Source: an uncultured Clostridia bacterium (GTDB lineage: Bacteria > Bacillota > Clostridia > Lachnospirales > Lachnospiraceae). Taken from it: a DNA stretch of 59,450 nt. The notes below the pieces were generated by a model that searched no databases, was not told the origin of the DNA, and saw nothing but the letters and a program-made list of their open reading frames with translations. Positions 49,324-58,627 of this stretch are shown in pieces. The stretch lies in assembly GCA_946610715.1 (NCBI GenBank), contig CAMOCO010000001.1, positions 1 to 59,450 of the forward strand, given 5' to 3'. Positions within the stretch are counted from its first letter, which is position 1; every line of letters starts with the position of its first letter. The translations under genes and the position numbers were made by a program.

Positions 49324-50022
49324 ATGATATCAAGACTTGATAAAATTCTTGCTGATTCAGGTCTCGGAACGAGAAGCTCGGTCCGGGACCTTATTAAATC
49401 AGGAAGGGTAAAGATAAATCATACTCCGGAAAAGAACCCGGGAAGAAAAGTAAATACGGATAAAGATGAAATTGAAGTAAATGGTGAGATTATAACATTT
49501 CAGGAAAAGGTTTATTATATGCTCAATAAGCCTGCCGGTGTGATAACAGCCACAGAAGATAAGAAACAAAAGACGGTGCTGGATCTCATTGATGACAGAA
49601 AGAGACGGGATATATTTCCCGTGGGAAGACTGGATAAGGACACTGTGGGACTTCTTCTTATTACAAATGACGGTATCCTGGCTCACAGACTTCTGGCTCC
49701 CGGAAAGCATGTGGAAAAAAAGTATTTTGTCAGGGTGGATAAGGAGATAACGGAAGAAATTGCCCGGGATATCAGATCGGGTGTGGATATAGGAGATGAA
49801 ACCCTTACTGCACCGGCAAAGCTGGATGTGGGGACCGGTGGCAGGGAAGCTGAGATAATAATAACGGAAGGAAGGTATCACCAGATAAAAAGAATGTTTG
49901 AGGCTTTCGGACTAAGTGTCATATACCTTAAGAGATTATCAATGGGAAGTCTTATACTGGACGAGAATCTGGAGGAAGGCCGGTGGCGGTATCTTACGGA
50001 GGATGAAATAGAGAAGCTGTAA
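49324..50022 (+). CDS. rsuA: RsuA family pseudouridine synthase
   Basis: S4 domain RLDKIL; LNKPAG; catalytic GRLDKDT; EGRYHQIKRM. Confidence 0.88.
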   Translation: MISRLDKILADSGLGTRSSVRDLIKSGRVKINHTPEKNPGRKVNTDKDEIEVNGEIITFQEKVYYMLNKPAGVITATEDKKQKTVLDLIDDRKRRDIFPVGRLDKDTVGLLLITNDGILAHRLLAPGKHVEKKYFVRVDKEITEEIARDIRSGVDIGDETLTAPAKLDVGTGGREAEIIITEGRYHQIKRMFEAFGLSVIYLKRLSMGSLILDENLEEGRWRYLTEDEIEKL

Positions 50023-50026
50023 AATC

Positions 50027-50057
50027 GGGCGGGAAAATGCTGTTCCCGTCCTTTTTT
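50027..50057 (+). terminator. Intrinsic terminator
   Basis: GGGCGGGAA-AATGCTG-TTCCCGTCC-TTTTTT. Confidence 0.85.
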
Positions 50058-50074
50058 AATGTAACAAAGCATAT

Positions 50075-50116
50075 TTAAGAATCAGTTAAGAATTACAGAA
50101 GAATCAGGTTAAGACT
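50075..50116 (+). promoter_or_regulatory. Direct-repeat array, candidate OmpR-family binding site
   Basis: TTAAGA at 50075, 50086 and 50109 and a variant at 50097, upstream of the ABC-TCS operon. Confidence 0.65.
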
Positions 50117-50184
50117 TCCGGAGCGTTTTGCTGTATATTTAAGAAAACAGTGAGGGATGTCACAAATCAGGAGGAGAAATAAAA

Positions 50185-51027
50185 ATGAGCAGAGAAATAA
50201 TATTAGAAGCTAAAGATTTATCCAAAACATTTTCAAATGAGTCAGTACAGCAGCATGTTCTGAAGAACCTGAATCTGGAAATATATAAAGGAGACTTTAC
50301 AGTCATTATGGGAAATTCCGGGTCAGGAAAGAGTACACTGTTATATGCCCTTAGCGGAATGGACAGACCGACTCTTGGAACCGTAACCTATAACGTTAAG
50401 GATAAGCCGGAGAAGAAATGTAAGAAGAAAAATGACGGTGAGGGAGTTGAAATATCAAAGTTCAGTAACGACTGTCTGGCGCTTTTCAGAAGAAATCACT
50501 GTGGTTTTGTTTTTCAGCAGAATTATCTGAATGACAGTATGAGTGCACTGGACAATATAATGGTGTGCGGTCTGCTGAAGACGAAGGATAGAAAGGCTCT
50601 GGCCGAGAGGAGCAAGGAACTGCTGGAAAGGGTAGAGATAACTTCGCAGGACTGGGGAAAGTTCCCGACACAGTTATCCGGTGGCCAGCAGCAGAGAGTT
50701 GCGGTGGTGAGAGGAGTTATCAACCGGCCGGAGATACTTTTTGCGGATGAACCTACAGGTGCTCTTAATTCACAGAATACAAGCAATGTACTGGATATAC
50801 TTACTGATTTAAATAATCAGGGACAGAGTATAGTAATGGTCACACATACGGTAAAAGCTGCTGAGAGAGGTAACAGAATAATATATCTTTCTGACGGCGT
50901 TATCTCAGATGAATGTGATCTGGGACCTTATGTGGGTGACTATAAAGATGAGAAAAATCCGGATAGAGATGAGGCACTGGACAGACATAGAAAGTTGAAA
51001 GAATTTTTGAATGAGCAGGGCTGGTAG
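50185..51027 (+). CDS. ABC exporter ATPase (LolD/MacB-like)
   Basis: GNSGSGKST, GFVFQ, LSGGQQQR, ADEPTGAL. Confidence 0.93.
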   Translation: MSREIILEAKDLSKTFSNESVQQHVLKNLNLEIYKGDFTVIMGNSGSGKSTLLYALSGMDRPTLGTVTYNVKDKPEKKCKKKNDGEGVEISKFSNDCLALFRRNHCGFVFQQNYLNDSMSALDNIMVCGLLKTKDRKALAERSKELLERVEITSQDWGKFPTQLSGGQQQRVAVVRGVINRPEILFADEPTGALNSQNTSNVLDILTDLNNQGQSIVMVTHTVKAAERGNRIIYLSDGVISDECDLGPYVGDYKDEKNPDRDEALDRHRKLKEFLNEQGW

Positions 51028-51039
51028 AGGTGTAAAGAT

Positions 51040-53439
51040 ATGTATAAATTATTTGTAATAGCTAAAAATAATATAAAGAAGCAGAAGGGAGATATGATCA
51101 CATTCTGCATTATAACAGCAATAGTTACATTACTGCTTTATATATCGGTATCCGTTCTTACGGGAATCGGAAAGATTTATCAAAACAGATTTGATGAGAT
51201 AAACGGAGCTCATTTTATAGCCACTGTATTTGATAATGAGGCCAGTGTTCGCAGCCTCAGAAAAGCATTTGAAGAAAATGGAATTACGGACTATGAAGAA
51301 ACCGAAATTCTGGACTTTGATGCCAGATATAAAAACAAAAAAGATAAGGATTATCAGACCTATGAATTTTTGGTAGAAAGCTCATCTGCAAATCCCGAAA
51401 TTATGGATGTATTCCCCAAAGATAGAGTTTTAAGTGATAATGAGGTTTTGATTCCGTATCATATAAAAGGAAAGTTTGATGTAGGAGACATACTTCAGAT
51501 AGAACTGGGGAGCAAAATCCATGAATTAAGGGTAGCGGGTTATTCGGAAAATCCCTGGTTCTGCTCTACACTTTCATTTGGCGTATACTATATATATGTG
51601 AATGAAAATACATATAAGTCTCTGGCAAATGAGAATACCGGAACTATCCAGTCACCGGTTTATAAGAATATCCTGTTTAAAGGTGTTTTAAGTGATGAGA
51701 AACCGGAAAATGCTGACATGGATCAGATAGAGCTGAATATAAATGAAAGCTTTGAAAGACTGATAAATAAAGAAGAGAAAACGGAATCTCCGGAAATGTA
51801 TAAGATTTACAATAATGCCAATTGGAATCTTATTAAATGGGGAAACGGCATGCTTCCCAATATCGTAGCTTCAATAATCCTTGTCTTTGCCATCATACTG
51901 CTGACAATTTCATTGATAGTTATATCATTCAGTATAAAAAACTTTATACATAGAAACATTAAGAATACCGGAATTCTCGAAGCAAGCGGATATACTGTTA
52001 AGGAACTGAGAGCTGCTCTCATATTCCAGATTATGATTATTTCCCTGACCGGTATTATAGCAGGTATTATAGTCGGTATAATAACAGGAACAAAGGTTTC
52101 GGAATTATTCAGTCTTATGCTTGGACTGACATTCAAACAGAATATCGATATAGCAGCGGCATTTGCAGTAGGCATATCACTTTTACTTGTCAACTTTATA
52201 ACAGTCGGAATGTTAAGCCATAAATATAAGAAGATTACAGTGCTGGATGCGCTTAGAGGTGGTATCAATGCACATAACTTCAAGAAAAACTATTTCCCCT
52301 TTGAAAAGACCGGACTGCCTATACCGGTTACATTATCTCTCAAAGATACATTCGGCAGTTTTGGGAAGAATACAGCACTTGTAGTGATTGTAGCATTTTT
52401 AGCATTGACATGTATTACAGGCTTTGGACTGGTAGAAAATTTCAGTTCAAATCCCGAGGGCTTACTTAATATTATGGGTGTTGATTTTGGAAATCTTGAA
52501 GTGAGCGGTGAGTCCGGACATGCAGAGGAACTCAGAAAGGTTGAAGGAGTAGAAAATGTACTTACAGAGGTAACTATGGAGCCTGTTCTGGAGTTCAACG
52601 GTGTCAGCGGGAAATATTTTACAACTGCTCATGAAGATGAAAAGTATTCAAAAAAGCTGGTAGTTGTTGAAGGACGCTATGCCCGGGAAGCTAATGAAGT
52701 GATGATCACAGGCGCTGTGGCTGATGAAATAGGAGCAAAGATAGGAGACGTTGTAACTATCAAGGTAGGAGGAAAAAGCGCAGATTATATAATTACAGGA
52801 TTTAATCAGAGGTTGATGTCTGCCGGAAAAAACCTGTCTATGACAATAGATGGGGCAAAGAGACTCGGCGTTGATACAAGTTACTGTGACTACTATATAA
52901 CAGCCAAAGATGGTGTATCGTTTGATGAGTTAAAGAAAAATGTTGAAGATTATGCCCAAAAACAGAATATCCTGTTCAGTTATATGGATACGTCTAATGT
53001 AATAGATTCAACTGTGGGTTCGGTAGAATCTGCCATGACGGGAGCCTGTATATTATTCGTGGTTATTACTGTTCTTATAGTAGTATTTGTGGAGTCTCTG
53101 GTTATCAGGGCAAAAATTACAAGAGAGTGGAAAGATATGGGAATCAGCAAAGCAATTGGAATGAGGTCAGGTGATCTCCTTATTCAGATAGCAATGTCCA
53201 ACATTCCATCTGTTGTAGTCGGATGTATAATAGGTGTTCTCCTTTCGGGTCAGGCGGGAAAAACGGCTGTTAAGGGTGCATTCTCATATATGGGAATCAG
53301 AAAAGTTGAATTTAACCAGTCGTTTCTGCCGATGCTTATGGTGGCAGTCGGAATAACCGCTGTGGCACTCATAACTTCCTACCTCGCCGGAAGAAAAGTA
53401 AAGAAACTGGTACCCGTTGAAATGATAACCGAAGAATAG
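51040..53439 (+). CDS. FtsX-like ABC permease (duplicated 4-TM plus extracellular domain)
   Basis: Two halves with GILEASGY and GISKAIGM loops and large extracellular domains. Confidence 0.88.
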   Translation: MYKLFVIAKNNIKKQKGDMITFCIITAIVTLLLYISVSVLTGIGKIYQNRFDEINGAHFIATVFDNEASVRSLRKAFEENGITDYEETEILDFDARYKNKKDKDYQTYEFLVESSSANPEIMDVFPKDRVLSDNEVLIPYHIKGKFDVGDILQIELGSKIHELRVAGYSENPWFCSTLSFGVYYIYVNENTYKSLANENTGTIQSPVYKNILFKGVLSDEKPENADMDQIELNINESFERLINKEEKTESPEMYKIYNNANWNLIKWGNGMLPNIVASIILVFAIILLTISLIVISFSIKNFIHRNIKNTGILEASGYTVKELRAALIFQIMIISLTGIIAGIIVGIITGTKVSELFSLMLGLTFKQNIDIAAAFAVGISLLLVNFITVGMLSHKYKKITVLDALRGGINAHNFKKNYFPFEKTGLPIPVTLSLKDTFGSFGKNTALVVIVAFLALTCITGFGLVENFSSNPEGLLNIMGVDFGNLEVSGESGHAEELRKVEGVENVLTEVTMEPVLEFNGVSGKYFTTAHEDEKYSKKLVVVEGRYAREANEVMITGAVADEIGAKIGDVVTIKVGGKSADYIITGFNQRLMSAGKNLSMTIDGAKRLGVDTSYCDYYITAKDGVSFDELKKNVEDYAQKQNILFSYMDTSNVIDSTVGSVESAMTGACILFVVITVLIVVFVESLVIRAKITREWKDMGISKAIGMRSGDLLIQIAMSNIPSVVVGCIIGVLLSGQAGKTAVKGAFSYMGIRKVEFNQSFLPMLMVAVGITAVALITSYLAGRKVKKLVPVEMITEE

Positions 53440-53495
53440 TAAAATGTAATACAGTTATTTATAAGTACTGAAGTGTAATCTGAGTGGAGGATGAC

Positions 53496-54215
53496 ATGCA
53501 TTATAATTGTCTCATCGTCGATGATGAAGCAGAGCTTGCAAAGATGACGGCAGAATATTTTCAGATGTTTGATGTCAGCACTGCCTATGTTGACAGTGCT
53601 GAAGGCTGTTATGATTTTCTGAAGGAAAATACCATCGATCTTTTACTGCTGGATATAAATCTGGGGGATGGATCGGGCTTTGAAGTGTGCAGAAAAATCA
53701 GAGAAGATTATCAGCTTCCGATCCTGTTTATCAGCGCAAGACAGAGTGACGATGATGTACTTGTGGCACTCAGTATCGGTGGCGATGATTATATAAAGAA
53801 GCCCTACAGCTTATCGGTTCTTCTGGCAAAGGTGAGAGTCAATCTGAAGAAGGTTGAAGAGATTAAGGCGCTTAAGGAAAATGTATCTTTTGCCGATAAG
53901 CCCGAAGCACTTGCGGCAACGCCTGGTGACGGGATGATATTACATCTGGATGAACCCACAATGTCGGCTATACTTAATGGCAGCAGAGTTGTTTTTAAAG
54001 CTAAGGAGTTTCAGCTTCTTAAGTGCCTCTATGAGCATAAGAATACGATCGTTACAAAAGAAAAACTATTTGATGAAGTCTGGGGTGACAGTTTTTATTC
54101 GGACGGAACACTAAATGTTCATATCAGAAAACTCAGAGAAAAGCTGGAGAAGGATCCGAATAATCCGACGATGATTAAGACAGTATGGGGAACAGGATAT
54201 ATACTTGAAGTATGA
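53496..54215 (+). CDS. OmpR family response regulator
   Basis: LIVDDE, LLDINL, KPY; winged helix LNVHIRKLREK..IKTVWGTGY; GGAGG RBS before ATG 53496. Confidence 0.95.
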   Translation: MHYNCLIVDDEAELAKMTAEYFQMFDVSTAYVDSAEGCYDFLKENTIDLLLLDINLGDGSGFEVCRKIREDYQLPILFISARQSDDDVLVALSIGGDDYIKKPYSLSVLLAKVRVNLKKVEEIKALKENVSFADKPEALAATPGDGMILHLDEPTMSAILNGSRVVFKAKEFQLLKCLYEHKNTIVTKEKLFDEVWGDSFYSDGTLNVHIRKLREKLEKDPNNPTMIKTVWGTGYILEV

Positions 54216-54233
54216 TTATTTCGGAAAGATGAT

Positions 54234-55553
54234 ATGAAGCAGGTAATAAAAATACTACTACTCTTTACATTATTAATGACAGCGGCTCTTCTTTTGATAA
54301 ATATGAGATTTGAAAAGAGCGAGGTTAAAGGCAGGGACATTGTATATTACAATGACTGCCTTTTAAGCATGTATGATGATTATAAAAATGGTATTACGGA
54401 GCGTGAGATTGAATTAAAATATGGATGTAATATCATCTTTACCAAAGAGCTGATTGATTCGGAACTGACAAAGTATTATGTTTCCGGTGCTCTTGTTCTG
54501 GATTTTTCCCCGGACGGAAATTATCTTGGGAAGGTTGTCTGGAATGATACCGGCGTTGATCTGAAAAATATAAAAGAAACATCAAAAAATCTGGTTATCC
54601 TTTTCTGGGCAGTGATTCTCATTATAGGATATCTGATGATATTCCTTATCTGGTATACGCTTATAAGACCGGTAAACGAGCTGAACCGGTTTTCTGTAGA
54701 AATCTCAAAAGGGAATCTGGAAGTACCTCTGCCTATTCATAAGAATAATCTGTTCGGGGGTTTTACCGAAAGCTTTGACACTATGAGGGAGGAACTGAAA
54801 GCTGCCAGATTAAGAGAGATAGAGGCAGGGATTGCAAAAAAGGAAATGGTGGCAGCACTCAGCCACGATATTAAAACACCTATTGCAACCATCCAGGCAA
54901 CCTGCGAAGTTCTTGATATGAAGTATAGGCGATGTCTGGGCAGATATGAAGAGGGTTTGGAAACCGCATGCGAAAGTGGTGAGAAGAAACCAATACGTGA
55001 GATTGAAGACACATTGGAAAAGCTCAATTCAATTTCAGCTAAAGCGGAAACGGTAAACAGTATCATGAATAATCTGGTACACGCTACTATGGATGATCTT
55101 AACAGAATAGAGATAAATCCGGTTGAAACAGATTCAAGGATAGTAGAAAACTATTTTATAAATCTGAAAAATTCCGGCTCCGATACTGCTATAGTCCTGG
55201 ATAACCATATTCCCGAATGCCTTATATATGCAGATACCCTAAGAATGGAACAGGTCATTGATAATATTATAGGAAATTCGAGAAAATATGCAGGCACGGA
55301 CATACATGTATCATTCAGTACGGTAGAGACGGGGTATATAAGGATAAAAATAAAGGACAGCGGTCCCGGAGTCAGGGAAGACGAGCTGCCGCTTATTACC
55401 GAAAAGTATTACCGCGGCAGTTCTGCCGGAAATAAATCCGGTTATGGTCTCGGAATGTATCTTGTTAAGATGTATATGGAAAAGCAGGGCGGCGGAATTG
55501 AGTATTATAATGATAACGGATTTGTGGTTGAAGTTATTATTAAAAAAGTCTGA
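54234..55553 (+). CDS. Sensor histidine kinase (2 TM, HAMP)
   Basis: SHDIKTP H-box, NIIGNSRKY, DSGPG, GYGLG. Confidence 0.94.
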   Translation: MKQVIKILLLFTLLMTAALLLINMRFEKSEVKGRDIVYYNDCLLSMYDDYKNGITEREIELKYGCNIIFTKELIDSELTKYYVSGALVLDFSPDGNYLGKVVWNDTGVDLKNIKETSKNLVILFWAVILIIGYLMIFLIWYTLIRPVNELNRFSVEISKGNLEVPLPIHKNNLFGGFTESFDTMREELKAARLREIEAGIAKKEMVAALSHDIKTPIATIQATCEVLDMKYRRCLGRYEEGLETACESGEKKPIREIEDTLEKLNSISAKAETVNSIMNNLVHATMDDLNRIEINPVETDSRIVENYFINLKNSGSDTAIVLDNHIPECLIYADTLRMEQVIDNIIGNSRKYAGTDIHVSFSTVETGYIRIKIKDSGPGVREDELPLITEKYYRGSSAGNKSGYGLGMYLVKMYMEKQGGGIEYYNDNGFVVEVIIKKV

Positions 55554-55888
55554 TCAGATTTAAAGATATTATAAATCCCGAAAAGCAGAATCAGCCGGGA
55601 AGTCTGTACAGCATTTTCAGAAGTATGGATACTCCGCTTGATCTGTATAAGGATTTTATGCCCGAAATATCTGAGAAGAAAAATGCTAAAAAAGCCGATA
55701 CAAAACCATCAAAAGAACCTGTAAAAAATTCATTAAAGAAATAATGGAATTGTATAGATAATAATAGTTCTTGACTTTAGGTGCAAATGTGTGATAATCT
55801 AACACTTGCGTTTTCAGCGCTTTCTTTTTGTGTGCAAAAAGTCAGATGCTGATATTAAGGTTAATTAAAGAAAATGGAGGTGGCAGTT

Positions 55889-56038
55889 GTGCGCGTAAAG
55901 ATCACACTAGCTTGTCAGGATTGTAAACAGCGTAATTACAATCTTACAAAAGACAAGAAGCTTCATCCGGACAGGATGGAAACAAAGAAGTATTGTAAGT
56001 TCTGCAAGAAGCATACAATGCACAAGGAAACAAAGTAG
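55889..56038 (+). CDS. rpmG: 50S ribosomal protein L33 (zinc-binding form), absent from the ORF track
   Basis: GTG start with GGAGG RBS; [17 protein letters not shown]...[16 protein letters not shown]; precedes secE. Confidence 0.96.
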   Translation: MRVKITLACQDCKQRNYNLTKDKKLHPDRMETKKYCKFCKKHTMHKETK

Positions 56039-56072
56039 TTTAGGGATTCAGTAGATCGAAAGAGGTGGAGAT

Positions 56073-56276
56073 ATGTCAGAGAAAAAGGGGACATCACCTG
56101 CACTTAAGAGAAGCTGGTTTCAGGAGCTTAAGTCAGAGTTCGGAAAGATTACATGGCCTACCAGAAAGAAGCTTTTAAAGGAAACAGTAGCAGTTCTTAT
56201 AATCGCTATTCTTCTGGGCTGTTTAATCGTGGTAATTGATGCACTGCTTAAGTCCGGCCTTGCATATTTATGGTAG
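56073..56276 (+). CDS. secE: Preprotein translocase subunit SecE
   Basis: ELKSEFGKITWP followed by a single TM; conserved rpmG-secE-nusG order. Confidence 0.95.
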   Translation: MSEKKGTSPALKRSWFQELKSEFGKITWPTRKKLLKETVAVLIIAILLGCLIVVIDALLKSGLAYLW

Positions 56277-56287
56277 GCGGTGATGAT

Positions 56288-56941
56288 ATGGCAGAGAATA
56301 TAACAAACGGCATTGATGATGAGAACATTGAAGTAACAGAGACTGAAGCTGCAGAGGCTGTACAGGCAGAACCTGAAGAGCCCAAGCGTCCTGTTTCATC
56401 AAATGTAAAGCAGAACGGGGACAATGAACCGCACTGGTACGTTGTTCATACCTATTCGGGATATGAGAATAAGGTAAAGGCTGATATCGAAAAAACCATC
56501 GAGAACAGAAGACTTGAGGATCAGATGTTTGAAGTTATGGTTCCGCTCCAGGATGTACTGGAGACCAAGAAGGATGGCTCCAAGAAGGTAGTATCCAAGA
56601 AGATATTCCCGGGATATGTACTTGTACATATGATAAAGAATGATGTGACATGGTATGTTGTAAGAAATACACGTGGTGTTACAGGCTTTGTTGGTCCGGG
56701 ATCCGAGCCGGTTCCTCTTACAAATGAGGAAATGAGAAAGCTTGGAGTACGTATCGATGATTATGTTATCGATGTTGAGGTCGGTGATATGATCAAGGTT
56801 ATCAGAGGAGCCTGGGAAGGTACCGTGGCAAATATCAAATCTATCAATCGTACTAAGGAAACAGCTACAATTGAGATCGATATATTTGGTCGTTCAACAG
56901 ATGTTGAAATCGGTTTAGGTGATATTCAGAAGTTAGATTAG
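56288..56941 (+). CDS. nusG: Transcription elongation factor NusG
   Basis: WYVVHTYSGYENKV, FPGYV, VRNTRGVTGFVG, KOW domain, IFGR; acidic N-terminal extension; start uncertain (56270 or 56288). Confidence 0.95.
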   Translation: MAENITNGIDDENIEVTETEAAEAVQAEPEEPKRPVSSNVKQNGDNEPHWYVVHTYSGYENKVKADIEKTIENRRLEDQMFEVMVPLQDVLETKKDGSKKVVSKKIFPGYVLVHMIKNDVTWYVVRNTRGVTGFVGPGSEPVPLTNEEMRKLGVRIDDYVIDVEVGDMIKVIRGAWEGTVANIKSINRTKETATIEIDIFGRSTDVEIGLGDIQKLD

Positions 56942-56968
56942 TGGAAGGGGAAAACCCGATAATACCAC
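56941..56968 (+). promoter_or_regulatory. Ribosomal protein L1-binding leader (before rplK)
   Basis: GTGG-AAG-stem-loop-GATAATA-CCAC next to the rplK RBS; same architecture as the copy before rplA. Confidence 0.7.
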
Positions 56969-56986
56969 ATTAGGAGGTAATTAAAA

Positions 56987-57412
56987 ATGGCTAAGAAAGT
57001 CACAGGATACATCAAATTACAGATACCTGCAGGAAAGGCAACTCCTGCACCACCGGTTGGACCTGCACTTGGTCAGCACGGTGTTAATATCGTAGAATTT
57101 ACAAAGCAGTTTAATGCTCGTACAGCAGATCAGGGAGATCTTATCATCCCTGTAGTTATTACAGTATATGCAGACAGAAGCTTTTCATTTATCACAAAGA
57201 CTCCTCCTGCAGCAGTTCTTATTAAGAAGGCCTGCAAGATTCAGAAGGCGTCAGGAGAACCAAACAAGAAGAAGGTAGCTAAGATCACAAAGGCTCAGGT
57301 TCAGGAAATCGCTGAATTGAAAATGAAGGATCTTAATGCCGCATCTATAGAAGCAGCCTGCAGCATGATTGCAGGAACAGCTCGTTCTATGGGTGTTGAA
57401 GTAGTTGACTGA
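56987..57412 (+). CDS. rplK: 50S ribosomal protein L11
   Basis: [21 protein letters not shown]...GTARSMG. Confidence 0.99.
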   Translation: MAKKVTGYIKLQIPAGKATPAPPVGPALGQHGVNIVEFTKQFNARTADQGDLIIPVVITVYADRSFSFITKTPPAAVLIKKACKIQKASGEPNKKKVAKITKAQVQEIAELKMKDLNAASIEAACSMIAGTARSMGVEVVD

Positions 57413-57454
57413 TAAACTGCTTTTGAGGATATGATGTATATTATAAGCAAATAG

Positions 57455-57486
57455 GTGGAAGGAGGTCGCTCCTCCGATAATACCAC
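57455..57486 (+). promoter_or_regulatory. Ribosomal protein L1-binding leader (before rplA)
   Basis: GTGG-AAG-GAGG..CCTC-CGATAATA-CCAC directly upstream of the AGGAGG RBS. Confidence 0.7.
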
Positions 57487-57502
57487 AGGAGGTATAACTA
57501 AA

Positions 57503-58216
57503 ATGAAAAAAGGTAGAAGATATTTAGAAGTTTCAAAGCTTATTGAAAAAACTAAGCTTTATGATCTTGACGAGGCTGCTCAGCTTATCAAGAAGACAGC
57601 AAATGCAAAGTTCGATGAGACAATTGAAGCACATCTTAAGCTCGGTGTTGACGGACGTCATGCTGATCAGCAGGTACGTGGTGCCGTTGTTCTCCCTCAC
57701 GGAACAGGTAAGGAAGTTAAGGTTCTTGTTTTTGCAAAGGGTGACAAGGTTGATCAGGCTCTTGCTGCAGGTGCAGATTATGCAGGTGGAGAAGAGCTTG
57801 TTCCGAAGATTCAGAATGAAGGATGGCTTGATTTTGATGTAGTTATCGCTACACCTGACATGATGGGTGTTGTAGGACGTCTCGGACGTGTTCTCGGACC
57901 TAAGGGATTAATGCCAAACCCAAAGGCAGGAACAGTTACACCTGATGTAGAAAAGGCAATTGCTGACGTTAAAGCAGGTAAGATTGAGTACAGACTTGAC
58001 AAGGCAAATATTATCCATGTTCCTGTAGGTAAGGCTTCATTTACTGAGGAACAGATCGCGGACAACTTTAAAGCCTTAATGGACGCAGTAATCAAGGCTA
58101 AGCCATCAAGCGCAAAGGGACAGTATCTCAGAAGTGTTACAATTTCTTCAACAATGGGTCCCGGAATCAAGCTTAATACAACCAAGTTCGGAAGTAATGA
58201 TGGTTCAGCTAAATAA
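57503..58216 (+). CDS. rplA: 50S ribosomal protein L1
   Basis: [37 protein letters not shown]; start ATG 57503. Confidence 0.99.
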   Translation: MKKGRRYLEVSKLIEKTKLYDLDEAAQLIKKTANAKFDETIEAHLKLGVDGRHADQQVRGAVVLPHGTGKEVKVLVFAKGDKVDQALAAGADYAGGEELVPKIQNEGWLDFDVVIATPDMMGVVGRLGRVLGPKGLMPNPKAGTVTPDVEKAIADVKAGKIEYRLDKANIIHVPVGKASFTEEQIADNFKALMDAVIKAKPSSAKGQYLRSVTISSTMGPGIKLNTTKFGSNDGSAK

Positions 58217-58242
58217 GCTGTATATATTCAGTAATTTATAAC

Positions 58243-58298
58243 GCAAAAAAAGCAACATGCTTTGGTGGAAATGCCAAATTATGTTGCTTTTTTTTTGC
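58243..58298 (+). terminator. rplA terminator overlapping a downstream promoter
   Basis: A7-GCAACAT..TTTGG-loop-CCAAA..ATGTTGC-T9; TTGCTT (58284), 17 nt, TATACT (58307) begins in its 3' arm. Confidence 0.8.
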
Positions 58299-58356
58299 AT
58301 TTTTTTTATACTAATAAGTGGATTATTTAGTTTATCAAAGGGGGTTAGCAGACTTT

Positions 58357-58611
58357 ATGGAAAAAGACGAAATAAGAAAAGCAGTGCTGGAATTAGTTGA
58401 TGAAGTAATGCCGGAACTGGAAGATGTTTCTCTGGATAAGAATATTGTTACGGAATATGGGGTTAATTCTATTTCAATTATCAAGCTTATTGTAGAGGCT
58501 GAGAAGAAATTCGGGATTTCCTTCACAGATTACGAGCTTGCACTTGATTCATATGATACATTCGGAGATTTAGCGGCTGTGATATATGACAAGCTTGAGA
58601 ATGCAGAATAA
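58357..58611 (+). CDS. Acyl/peptidyl carrier protein
   Basis: 84 aa, acidic; YGVNSISIIKLIVEAEKKFGISF carries the phosphopantetheine Ser motif; DTFGDL. Confidence 0.88.
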   Translation: MEKDEIRKAVLELVDEVMPELEDVSLDKNIVTEYGVNSISIIKLIVEAEKKFGISFTDYELALDSYDTFGDLAAVIYDKLENAE

Positions 58612-58627
58612 AGGAGGAATGATCATA

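Noticed and set aside
55675-55701. Sigma-28 promoter (GCCGATAC)
   Set aside because: No TAAA at the required spacing upstream.
57455-57502. N-terminal extension of L1 from GTG 57455
   Set aside because: This stretch is the L1-binding leader and RBS; the true start is ATG 57503.
58357-58611. Housekeeping fatty-acid acpP
   Set aside because: It lacks the DLGADSLD signature and has no fab, plsX or rnc context.
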